Source: a virus
IMG/VR virus record: IMGVR_UViG_3300032173_000002
Coordinates: 36,373-100,372 of that record
Length of the DNA: 64,000 nt
Direction: 5' to 3' (one strand)
Below the pieces are notes generated by a model. That model made no database searches, had not been told where the DNA came from, and saw nothing but the letters and a program-made list of their open reading frames with translations. A program made the position numbers and the translations under genes. Below, piece after piece: positions 47,713 to 56,439 of this stretch (position 1 is the first letter of the stretch; every line of letters begins with the position of its first letter).

Positions 47713-47752
47713 AATAGTTACCCCAACTCAAAGTCGGGGTAACTATTTGTTT
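47713..47752 (+). terminator. Stem-loop terminator
   Basis: AATAGTTACCCC/GGGGTAACTATT 12-bp stem followed by TGTTT. Confidence 0.7.
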
Positions 47753-47793
47753 ATGTGCAGAGATTTTTGAGATGTTCGGATTGGGGGAAAGAA

Positions 47794-48495
47794 ATGCAAG
47801 TTGTTAGTCTTCTGAGTGGTGGACAGGATTCGACCACTTGCTTGTTTTGGTCGATTCAAAAGTTTGGGGCGACTGAGGTAGTTGCTCTTACTATTGACTA
47901 TGGACAAAGACATAACTCCGAAATTGGGGCCGCTGCTCGGATTGCGGAAATTGCTGGAGTAGAGTGGAAGTTACTTTCTTTCCCTGCACTTCAACAGATT
48001 GGGGATTCACCGTTGGTTTCTTCTAGTGGCAGTATTGTTGGTACTCATCGTGGTCGTTCGGATTTGCCTGCCTCTTTTGTTCCTGGTCGAAACTATTTAT
48101 TTTTGGGTCTTGCCGCTGCTTTGGCTTACAAAGTTGGTGCGGATAGTGTAGTTGGTGGCATGTGTCAGACGGATTATTCCGGGTATCCGGATTGTCGGGA
48201 AGTAGCGATTCGTCATATCGAGCAAGCTATTTCGACCTCTATGGATTTTCCTTTGAAGATTTATACTCCTTTGATGTATCTAACTAAGGCAGATTCCGTT
48301 CGTATGGCGCAGGGGTTGGCTGATTGTATGGATGCGTTGGCTTATTCTCAAACTTGTTACGAGGGGAAATACCCACCATGTGAAGTTTGTCCAGCTTGTA
48401 GACTTCGTGCGAAAGGATTTATGGAAGCGGGCATTCCGGACCCGTTGATTGTCCGTTCAAGGATGGATTTGAGAAAGGGGGGATGGCATGTCTGA
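47794..48495 (+). CDS. queC: 7-cyano-7-deazaguanine synthase
   Basis: SGGQDSTTC, YGQRH, VPGRN, YPDCR, C..CPAC.LR. Confidence 0.95.
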   Translation: MQVVSLLSGGQDSTTCLFWSIQKFGATEVVALTIDYGQRHNSEIGAAARIAEIAGVEWKLLSFPALQQIGDSPLVSSSGSIVGTHRGRSDLPASFVPGRNYLFLGLAAALAYKVGADSVVGGMCQTDYSGYPDCREVAIRHIEQAISTSMDFPLKIYTPLMYLTKADSVRMAQGLADCMDALAYSQTCYEGKYPPCEVCPACRLRAKGFMEAGIPDPLIVRSRMDLRKGGWHV

Positions 48496-49099
48496 TAGAA
48501 TACCTGATAGAATAGATAGAATAGAGGAGAACCTTCGTGAGATTATTAGGTTTATAGGGGACGATCCAGATAGGGCCGGTTTGCTAGATACACCTAAGAG
48601 GATGATCCGGTCTTGGGAACATCTTTTCTCTGGATATAATGAAGACCCTGTGGCTTGTATTAAGTCCTTCGATTTCGATAGATATGATGAGATGGTGTTG
48701 CTCCGTGATTGCGAGTTGTATTCGGTTTGCGAGCATCATTTTCTACCCTTCTGGGGGAAGGCCCATGTGGCTTATATTCCGTCGAAAGGTGGAGGTGTTG
48801 TGGGTGTGTCGAAGCTAGCTCGACTTGTAGAGGTGTTTTCCCGTCGGTTGCAGTTACAAGAACGCATTTGTGAGCAAGTAGCATCTTGCTTAATGGACAA
48901 TCTGAAATGTGTTGGGGCAGCTTGTATTATCGAGGCTACTCACCTTTGTATGAGGATGAGGGGTGTGGAGAAACAGAACTCGATAGTCGTTACTTCCTCT
49001 TTGAAGGGAGCATTTCTGGTTAAGAATTCACAAGGTATTGCCGCGAGGCAGGAGTTGTTGACACTAGTTTTTGGGGGTCGTTCGAGGGGAGGTTATTAG
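48488..49099 (+). CDS. folE: GTP cyclohydrolase I
   Basis: GL.DTP.R, CEHHFLPF, SKLARLV, QER, HLCM.MRG. Confidence 0.95.
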   Translation: MSDRIPDRIDRIEENLREIIRFIGDDPDRAGLLDTPKRMIRSWEHLFSGYNEDPVACIKSFDFDRYDEMVLLRDCELYSVCEHHFLPFWGKAHVAYIPSKGGGVVGVSKLARLVEVFSRRLQLQERICEQVASCLMDNLKCVGAACIIEATHLCMRMRGVEKQNSIVVTSSLKGAFLVKNSQGIAARQELLTLVFGGRSRGGY

Positions 49100-49103
49100 T
49101 GAG

Positions 49104-49982
49104 ATGAATAGGTTACTTATTGACTTGTCCAATTTACCATCGGGTAGTACTTATGAGGATCGGTACGGTGGGTATATGAGTATTTTCAGGTCTGTTTTCG
49201 AGTCAGTTGTTCGTGGTCAGGATGTTGTAGTGGTGAACCCACCGTTTTGTTGGATTCCGTTGATTTGGTGGTTAGGTGGTGAAACGGAGGGTGGTCAGAT
49301 TTTTTTCGAGCATGACTTCGTGGTTCGTCAGCTTGTTAATAGTAAGACTATTGATAGACAGAGGATTTTGTCAGATCGAACTTTGTTGGAGGCGATTACT
49401 TGTTTACGGCCTGAGCTTGTTGATACCTTGTGGAAGTCAGATATGGAGTGGGTCGTCGATCCAACTATACTTGATGCCCTTCGTTATCAATCTATCCGCT
49501 CAGAGTTCGTTATTACAAATAATGGCTCTTATCATAGGTCTGAAGTGTTAGCTTACTTGAAGAAGTTGTGGGCGTTTAAGTCTACCTTCCAGAAGTGCAT
49601 ATTAGTTCCGTGCGCAGCTGATAAGCCATATCCGTCTCGTTTACATAGGGCTATTCTAGATTTTCTGCCCGACGACTATCATCTTATTGTTGCCACTGGC
49701 GTTCTTGGCCTCGTTCCTCAAGAGCTGTGGGCTGTTATGCCCCATTACGATAGTGGGTTGCCGAACGAGTGGCGGCTTATGTCTATCGTATCGGATTATT
49801 TTCGTAGGCACACTTATAGTAAAGTTGTTGTTTACTGCGATTACTACAATGAAGCTATTGAGAGAGGTCTGATGGGCATTAGTGGGCTTGAGCGTGTGTT
49901 CGTCAACCCTGTTAAGTTTTACTATAATTACATTGATCTTTTGGACAGTCGTCGTTTAGGTCGACTTAAGGAGGTTTTGTAG
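49104..49982 (+). CDS. Archaeosine synthase (ArcS)-like amidotransferase domain
   Basis: LVPCAADKPY.S..H...VATGVLGLVPQEL...YD resembles the ArcS PC-x3-KPY-S-H / GLVP.E motifs; gene context. Confidence 0.65.
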   Translation: MNRLLIDLSNLPSGSTYEDRYGGYMSIFRSVFESVVRGQDVVVVNPPFCWIPLIWWLGGETEGGQIFFEHDFVVRQLVNSKTIDRQRILSDRTLLEAITCLRPELVDTLWKSDMEWVVDPTILDALRYQSIRSEFVITNNGSYHRSEVLAYLKKLWAFKSTFQKCILVPCAADKPYPSRLHRAILDFLPDDYHLIVATGVLGLVPQELWAVMPHYDSGLPNEWRLMSIVSDYFRRHTYSKVVVYCDYYNEAIERGLMGISGLERVFVNPVKFYYNYIDLLDSRRLGRLKEVL

Positions 49983-49986
49983 GTAG

Positions 49987-50976
49987 ATGAAGCAGCCAAT
50001 GAGGCGGCCGGAGAGGCGGGCATCTCTTTTCTTAGATTCAGGGGCTTATTCTTCTTGGACGAGGGGAGTTACCATAGATTTGCAGGGTTACATTGACTAT
50101 GTAAAGAGGCATGTCGATTTCCTCGATGTTTATGCTTGCTTGGATGTAGTTGGGAATCCTGAGGCAACTTATCAAAATCAGCTTGAGATGGAACGACAGG
50201 GTTTGCGGCCTTTGATTGTTTTTCATAAGGGGGAGGACTATAAGTGGCTTGAGTTGTATGTCAGTCGTTATGACTACATTGGCATTGGTGGTGTTGCCGC
50301 CCCAAGGTTGACTGGTACTAAGTCTTTTGAGGAAGTGCAGTCTCATTTGGATCGTTGTTTTGAGATTATTTGTGATCGGCCTGGTCATATACCTCGCTGT
50401 AAAGTGCACGGTTTTGGGGTGGGTACCCCGGTGTTAATTCTTCGTTATCCGTGGTACTCGATTGATACTACTTCTTGGCTTATGACTAGCAGGTATGGGT
50501 CTGTATATGTTCCCGTGTTTCGGAATGGCAAGTTTAGATATGACCTCGTGCCCTGGAAGATCATTGTTTCTAGTCGGTCCCCTCATCTTAAGGAAGAAGG
50601 TAAACACTTTGATACTTTAACAAAAATGGAGCAGGAAGTAGTTCTTAGGTATTTCCACTTGAAGGGGTTTAAGTTAGGCAGGTCTTCGTTCAGAAAGGAA
50701 ACTCCTGATTACAAGTTGAAACCTGGGGAGAGATGGTTCGGACAGGAGGAAGCTGATAGTCAAAGATCTATCCATGGTTTGCGGGATGGGTATGTTGATA
50801 GAGGTTGGAAGAAAGAATCTATAGTTGAGATAGTTGAGGAGCCTGGCCTTTGTAACGACTATCGAATGAGAGATGAGTTGAATATCATTTACTATCTCGA
50901 TTTGGAGAGAAGTATTCCGGAATGGCCCTGGCCGTTTAAGCCCCTAAGAGGTAGTCAAGGATTTGGTTTGTTGTAG
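49987..50976 (+). CDS. DpdA / TGT-like DNA-guanine transglycosylase
   Basis: LFLDSGAYS, LDVVG, VFH.GE, IGIGG, HGFG, SIDTTSW; adjacent to the preQ0 genes. Confidence 0.8.
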   Translation: MKQPMRRPERRASLFLDSGAYSSWTRGVTIDLQGYIDYVKRHVDFLDVYACLDVVGNPEATYQNQLEMERQGLRPLIVFHKGEDYKWLELYVSRYDYIGIGGVAAPRLTGTKSFEEVQSHLDRCFEIICDRPGHIPRCKVHGFGVGTPVLILRYPWYSIDTTSWLMTSRYGSVYVPVFRNGKFRYDLVPWKIIVSSRSPHLKEEGKHFDTLTKMEQEVVLRYFHLKGFKLGRSSFRKETPDYKLKPGERWFGQEEADSQRSIHGLRDGYVDRGWKKESIVEIVEEPGLCNDYRMRDELNIIYYLDLERSIPEWPWPFKPLRGSQGFGLL

Positions 50977-50985
50977 ATAGGAGGG

Positions 50986-52041
50986 ATGACAATGAGGGTA
51001 AAAACAGAAGATCTCCGAAGGGCGCTGTTGGCCGTAAAGCCAGGGTTAGCCAAGAGGGAAATCGTTGAGCAAACGACCTACTTTATCTTTACAGGAGAGA
51101 GAGTTGTTACTTACAATGATAGGGTCTGCATTAGCTACCCCTTCAGTACAGACTTTCGATGTTCCGTTGTTGCGAAGGAGCTTTTTGATGTTTTGTCTGA
51201 TATTGAAGAAGAGTTTCTTGTAATGGAGTTTCGGGATAAGATGTTAAGGTTTTCTGCAAGAAAAGCCCGGTTTGGACTGCAAGCTTTGGAAGAGAACGCT
51301 CTTGAGCCTGCTATCGAACAGTTGGCAGTTTGGGATAAATCTAGGATCTGGAGGCGGTTGCCCAAGGATTTTACTCAAGGGTTGTTTCTTTGCCTTTTTT
51401 CTACCTCTACGGATATGACCCACAAGTATTTGACTTGTCTTTATATCTGCTCTGATCGTGTTTTTTCTTCTGATAATATTCGGATTAGTAGATATGAGTT
51501 CGTGGGTCGAGTTCGGTCGTCTTTCCTTCTGCCCCTGTCATCTGCTCGGGATTTAGTTAAGTACGATGTACGATTTATATCTCTGGACGATGCTTGGGTT
51601 CACTTCAAGACTGCTGACGAAGCTGTATTTAGCTCCCGTCTTTATCTTTCGGATGTTCCATTCCCTGAGGAGGTGATGACTTCGCACTTGGTAGTCCAGG
51701 GCTTGACTTTTATTCTCCCCGAAAAGTTGGGTCGGGTAGTCCAAGAGATGTTGGTTGCTGTGGAAGGTAAGGAAGAGATAGAGAAGGAGATTCAGGTAGC
51801 CGTAAGTAAGGGTGTTATTACCTGTCGGGGAGAATTTGTTCAGGGGAAGGGGTGGTTGGAAAAAGATGTTGACTTTCCAGAGTATAAGGGGGGAGATATC
51901 TCGTTTTCTATTCAGCCTGTCTTTTTTTCTCAAATATTGACAAAAACAACTACTATGACTTTGGCTGACGACCGGGCTCTATTCGAGTCAGGGCCGTTTA
52001 AGCATGTAATGCTTCTACATTCAAAGGTGCAGGGGATTTAG
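50986..52041 (+). CDS. Sliding clamp (beta-clamp-like)
   Basis: About 350 aa; SSDNIRIS (cf. ATDxxRL); precedes the polymerase. Confidence 0.7.
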   Translation: MTMRVKTEDLRRALLAVKPGLAKREIVEQTTYFIFTGERVVTYNDRVCISYPFSTDFRCSVVAKELFDVLSDIEEEFLVMEFRDKMLRFSARKARFGLQALEENALEPAIEQLAVWDKSRIWRRLPKDFTQGLFLCLFSTSTDMTHKYLTCLYICSDRVFSSDNIRISRYEFVGRVRSSFLLPLSSARDLVKYDVRFISLDDAWVHFKTADEAVFSSRLYLSDVPFPEEVMTSHLVVQGLTFILPEKLGRVVQEMLVAVEGKEEIEKEIQVAVSKGVITCRGEFVQGKGWLEKDVDFPEYKGGDISFSIQPVFFSQILTKTTTMTLADDRALFESGPFKHVMLLHSKVQGI

Positions 52042-52045
52042 TTAG

Positions 52046-54601
52046 ATGTTGAAGGGTTTTTTCTTTAAGAGCGAACAAGTAAGGGATTCAATAGTAAAAG
52101 GGGACCCTTGCGAGGTCTGTGGGTTGTATCGAGGATGCAAGTCCCCTCGGATGCCTTATTCAGGGCAGGGGAGGTTGGGGGTTCTAATTGTTGCTGAGGC
52201 TCCTGGGAAGGAGGAGGACGATCAGAATACCCAGCTTGTGGGGGAGGTGGGGCAAGCTTTTCGGGGTTGGTTGAAGGAGTTCGGTTTGGATTTGGACAGG
52301 GACTTCTACAAGACGAATGCGGTCGCTTGTCGTCCGCCCGGCAATCGCACACCGACTCGTAGAGAGGTTAAGTGTTGCCGGTTCCAAGTGGAAAGGGTAA
52401 TTAGGGAGCTTAGGCCCAGATTTATTTGGGTAATGGGGGGCGTTGCTACAGAATCGTTTTTCATGGATCATTGGACTGATAATTTGTCCATATCTCGTTG
52501 GCGGGGTAGGTGTATTCCAGATAGACGATACAAGGCTTGGCTGATTCCTATGTTCCATCCCTCGTTTGTGGTTCGGAAGGGAGATGAGAGAGCAAGGGCT
52601 TTCTTTTTGAGAGACTTGCAGTGGGCTTTGGGTTGTTTAGAGAGAGAACCCCCCGTGTTTTTCGACCCGGAAGAGTATGTTCAAATTTTGTATAGAACTG
52701 AGGAAGTGGCCGGGTGGATAGATAAGGCGCTGGTGAGGAAAGAGCCTATTGTTATAGACTATGAGACTTCCTGTATTTCCCCTTACAAGAAGGATGGTGA
52801 AATACTTACTGTCGCATTATCTCAAGGCGGGGAGACTATTGCGTTCCCCCTTGATTGGCCAGGTGTGTGGGGAAGGAGTGATTTAGAGGTTGTTGAAGCC
52901 AAGTTAAGGGAATTGTTTGTTTCTCCCTTGGGGAAGGTTGCTCATAACATTAAGTTTGAGGAGGGGTGGACTCGAAGGCGATTTGGTTCGGGGGTCGAGA
53001 ACTGGCTTTGGGATACGATGCTGGCTGAGCATGTTCTTGATTGTCGTCAAGAGGTCACGGGGCTAAAGTTTCAGGCCTATGTTCGATGGGGAGTATCGAG
53101 TTATGATAGCGATGTAAAGCCTTACTTGTCCAGGGAGGATGAGTTCGAGTACAATAGGCTCCGGGAAGCGGATTGGCGGAAGGTCTGTTTGTATTGTGGA
53201 TGTGATGCATTCTTAGAGCATAAGTTGTGGTTGGAGCAGGTTTCTCAGATGCGGGGAAGGCTGAGTAGAGCTTACCGTCTTCTCCATGATGGAGTTCTGG
53301 CCTTCGTTGATGCTGAGCAGGAAGGTATTTGTGTAGATGAGAAGTATTTTGTGAGAGAGCACGAGAGGCTTTCCAAAATGATAGAGGAGACCGAAGCAAA
53401 TTTGCTGGGGGGCGATGAAGCTGCAGCGTTTCGGGAAGCTACCGGGAAGCAGATTAACCTTCAATCTCCATCAGATCTTCGGTGTCTATTCTTTGAAATC
53501 CTTGGTATCAAGCCTTTGAAGGTTACAGCGAAGGGAAATAACTCAGTGGATCGAGATATTTTGGAGCGTCTGGATGTTCCATTCGCTAAGAAGTTAGTCT
53601 CCCTTCGCAAGTTGTTGAAGATCAGAGACACTTATATTGCGCAGATAGTTAGGGAAGTTGTTAATGGGAAAATACACCCCAGTTTTAACCTTCATATTGC
53701 AAGATCTTATCGTTCTTCCTGTGATCGTCCTAACTTTCAGAATATACCTGTGCGGGATGAGGAGTCTAAGAGGTCAATTCGTACCGGGATCGTTCCCTCC
53801 TCTGGCTGGCGGCTAATGGATGTTGATTATTCCTCACTGGAGGTGAGGATCGCTGCTTGTTTGAGCAGAGATCCAGAGCTTGAAAAATACATTTACGACC
53901 CGGCAACTGATCTCCACAGGGATCAGGCAATGGAGTTATTTTTGCTTAGGAAGAGACAGGTAAATGAGACCCTTCGTTTCTACGCAAAGAATATGTATGT
54001 TTTTGCAGAGATTTACGGGAGTTACTGGGGATCAATTGTCCAAAGTTTGTGGCCCCTAACTCTGGAGTTGAATGTTGGCGAGTTGACTCTCCGAGATCAT
54101 TTGCGGAGGAAAGGGATTAGGAGCTCCTCTGATTTCGAGGAGCATGTGAGATCAGTTGAGAGTAGATTCTGGGAGCGTTTTGCCGTTCTCCGGGAATGGC
54201 AGATGAGTATGATGGACAAGTACATGAAGAAGGGTTATGTTGAGATGCCTACTGGTTTTCGGAGAGGCGAGTTTTTAGATCGGAATCAAGTTTTTAATTC
54301 TCCCATTCAGGGAGCCGCTTTTCATTGCTTGCTCTGGTCGTTTATCGAATTGAATAGGATTAGACGGAAAGAGGGATGGAGGACAAAACTGATAGGTCAG
54401 ATACATGATAGCATTATTTTTGATCTATGTCCTGAAGAGCAGGATTATGTGTTGAGCATTACAAATTGGGTAATGACAGAGAGAATTCGTGAAGCCTTCG
54501 GTTGGGTCTCAGTTCCTCTGAAGATCGAAGCAAAGGTGTCGGAAATTGATGGAAACTGGTGTGATATGAGATCTGTAGATGTAGGGGGAGTTAATGACTG
54601 A
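52046..54601 (+). CDS. Family A DNA polymerase with an N-terminal family-4 uracil-DNA-glycosylase-like domain
   Basis: AEAPG.EE, CRPPGNR.P, HPS; DYET, HNIKFE exonuclease motifs; PNFQNIP, DYSSLEVR, QIHDS. Confidence 0.92.
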   Translation: MLKGFFFKSEQVRDSIVKGDPCEVCGLYRGCKSPRMPYSGQGRLGVLIVAEAPGKEEDDQNTQLVGEVGQAFRGWLKEFGLDLDRDFYKTNAVACRPPGNRTPTRREVKCCRFQVERVIRELRPRFIWVMGGVATESFFMDHWTDNLSISRWRGRCIPDRRYKAWLIPMFHPSFVVRKGDERARAFFLRDLQWALGCLEREPPVFFDPEEYVQILYRTEEVAGWIDKALVRKEPIVIDYETSCISPYKKDGEILTVALSQGGETIAFPLDWPGVWGRSDLEVVEAKLRELFVSPLGKVAHNIKFEEGWTRRRFGSGVENWLWDTMLAEHVLDCRQEVTGLKFQAYVRWGVSSYDSDVKPYLSREDEFEYNRLREADWRKVCLYCGCDAFLEHKLWLEQVSQMRGRLSRAYRLLHDGVLAFVDAEQEGICVDEKYFVREHERLSKMIEETEANLLGGDEAAAFREATGKQINLQSPSDLRCLFFEILGIKPLKVTAKGNNSVDRDILERLDVPFAKKLVSLRKLLKIRDTYIAQIVREVVNGKIHPSFNLHIARSYRSSCDRPNFQNIPVRDEESKRSIRTGIVPSSGWRLMDVDYSSLEVRIAACLSRDPELEKYIYDPATDLHRDQAMELFLLRKRQVNETLRFYAKNMYVFAEIYGSYWGSIVQSLWPLTLELNVGELTLRDHLRRKGIRSSSDFEEHVRSVESRFWERFAVLREWQMSMMDKYMKKGYVEMPTGFRRGEFLDRNQVFNSPIQGAAFHCLLWSFIELNRIRRKEGWRTKLIGQIHDSIIFDLCPEEQDYVLSITNWVMTERIREAFGWVSVPLKIEAKVSEIDGNWCDMRSVDVGGVND

Positions 54602-55526
54602 GCAGCGGGGGGCATTACATATCAAACACCGTCCCAAATGCTGGGATGAGATTGTGGGCAATGAGTCAGTCGTGTCTGCCCTGCGGCTGGTGCTGAGTCG
54701 CCCACTGGAAGATATGCCCAGGTCGTTTCTGTTCACTGGCCCCTCTGGCTGTGGAAAAACAACCCTGGCTCGGATTATGAAGGTCCACCTCGGTTGCTCG
54801 GATCAGGATTTTTATGAGTATAATTCCGCCAATGTTCGTGGCATTGATACGATTCGGGATATTGGATCTAGTTGTCAGTATTCAGCCTTTTCGGGTGGAG
54901 TTAAGATGTATCTGCTAGACGAGTGTCACAAGATAACACTCGATGGTCAACATGCTCTCCTGAAACTATTGGAGGATACTCCTCCGCATGTTTTCTTTGT
55001 TCTTTGTACGACAGAACCTGATAAACTAATTCCAACAATCAGAACCCGGTGTTCTCGGTTCGATGTGGCGTCTCTTACTCGGCATAATCTGTTGAAGTTG
55101 TTGAAGAATGTATGCGAGAAGGAAGGTGTTCAAGTTGATCCGGCTGTTTTGACTAAGATTGTTACTTCTTGTAATGGGTCCCCCCGTCAGGCTCTTGTAA
55201 TGTTGGATCAGGTCATAGATATTTCTGATCCAGATCTAGCGATCCAGGTGATTAGGGATTGCACCGTTGATGATGTAAAGGTTCTTGATTTGTGTAGGGC
55301 ATTAGTAGGGGGGAGGGTTAGTTGGTCAGAGGTGGCAGGAATACTAAAGGGTTTAGATTCAGACCCGGAGTCTGTTCGATATGCTGTTTTGGGATACCTG
55401 AATGCAGTGATGCTGAGCAATCCGAGTGAGCGGATAGCCAAGGCTATTTCTGCTTTCTCTGAGAGCTATATTTATACTGGGAAAGCGGGTCTTACTTTGT
55501 CTTGTTATATGGTATGTAATTTATGA
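54594..55526 (+). CDS. Clamp loader AAA+ (DnaX-like)
   Basis: KHRP, GPSGCGKTT, LDECH, TIRTRC. Confidence 0.9.
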   Translation: MTEQRGALHIKHRPKCWDEIVGNESVVSALRLVLSRPLEDMPRSFLFTGPSGCGKTTLARIMKVHLGCSDQDFYEYNSANVRGIDTIRDIGSSCQYSAFSGGVKMYLLDECHKITLDGQHALLKLLEDTPPHVFFVLCTTEPDKLIPTIRTRCSRFDVASLTRHNLLKLLKNVCEKEGVQVDPAVLTKIVTSCNGSPRQALVMLDQVIDISDPDLAIQVIRDCTVDDVKVLDLCRALVGGRVSWSEVAGILKGLDSDPESVRYAVLGYLNAVMLSNPSERIAKAISAFSESYIYTGKAGLTLSCYMVCNL

Positions 55527-55732
55527 AGATGTATTTTGCAGGGTGTACCGGGGAAGAGCATGCGGAGCAGATTCTTGTTAATTATAGGGTGAACCGTCTT
55601 TTTTCTTTTTTCTATTGTTGTGAGCAGCGTAAGGTGGAGGACTGTTTGAAGATGTGGGTTAGATCAGGGATAATAGGTGATTGTGACTATCGTGGTAAGG
55701 TTTCTAAGGAGGTAACGGGGAAAAGGGGTTAG
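55523..55732 (+). CDS. Small protein resembling the N-terminal segment of phage TGT-like enzymes
   Basis: MKMYFAG...RLFSFFY. Confidence 0.4.
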   Translation: MKMYFAGCTGEEHAEQILVNYRVNRLFSFFYCCEQRKVEDCLKMWVRSGIIGDCDYRGKVSKEVTGKRG

Positions 55733-55752
55733 AATAGAAATAGGGGGTAAAA

Positions 55753-56253
55753 ATGGAGAAGGGACTTGTTGAAGGACTGAAGATTGACAAACTAGCTCTG
55801 GATGAAGAGTGGGAGCTTCAACCGATCAAGTTCATAGAGGCTGCTGAGAAGAGTGTTAAAGCACAAGAGTATAGGGACGCCTGTAAGAGGGCACTGGAAG
55901 TGGAAATGGCGGAGTGTGAAGATAAGATCCGCCGGGACCCTTCCGCCTATCTTGCCAGTGAGAAGCCCACAGAAGCAGCTATCAAGTCCGCAGTCGTCTT
56001 GGACCAGAGAGTTCAGGAGGCGCAGGATAAGCTTCAAGATGCGGTTACCGGCGCTAAGATTCTGGATGCTGTGGTACAGGCTTTGGATCAGAGGAAGAAA
56101 GCCTTGGAGAATTTGACTCAGCTTTTCCTCGCAGGTTATTACTCCCGTCCCTACATTCCTGAAGAGGCAAAGGAGCAGGCGAGGGAGCGGAGACACAAGA
56201 AGCAAGTTGAGGGTTTGGAAAACAGTTTGAAGAGAAGGAAGAGGTCTTTGTGA
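55753..56253 (+). CDS. UvsY-like recombination mediator
   Basis: LKID...LDEE...QP; KPTEAAIKS; ALDQRKKALENL. Confidence 0.65.
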   Translation: MEKGLVEGLKIDKLALDEEWELQPIKFIEAAEKSVKAQEYRDACKRALEVEMAECEDKIRRDPSAYLASEKPTEAAIKSAVVLDQRVQEAQDKLQDAVTGAKILDAVVQALDQRKKALENLTQLFLAGYYSRPYIPEEAKEQARERRHKKQVEGLENSLKRRKRSL

Positions 56254-56438
56254 TGGTGGATGTTTTTGCTTGGATAGGGATTACGATTCTCCAAGCGTTT
56301 TATGTACTCGCTTTAGTTTTTGTAGCCTTGGTGCTATGCTATGTCTTTGTTAGAGTGGTTTCTTTTGCCGCTGTCCGTAGCTGGTTCCAGGTAAGTGGAT
56401 ATTACCGTCGAAAGAGGAGGGAGAAAATGAGAAGTTAG
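56250..56438 (+). CDS. Small membrane protein
   Basis: Long hydrophobic stretch followed by a basic tail. Confidence 0.55.
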   Translation: MMVDVFAWIGITILQAFYVLALVFVALVLCYVFVRVVSFAAVRSWFQVSGYYRRKRREKMRS

Positions 56439-56439
56439 G

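Noticed and set aside
49104-49400. Adenine methyltransferase call from the NPPF motif
   Set aside because: No recognisable SAM-binding motif; the C-terminal half is ArcS-like.
52046-54601. UDG-PolA fusion as a novelty
   Set aside because: This architecture is already known from SPO1-like and related phages.
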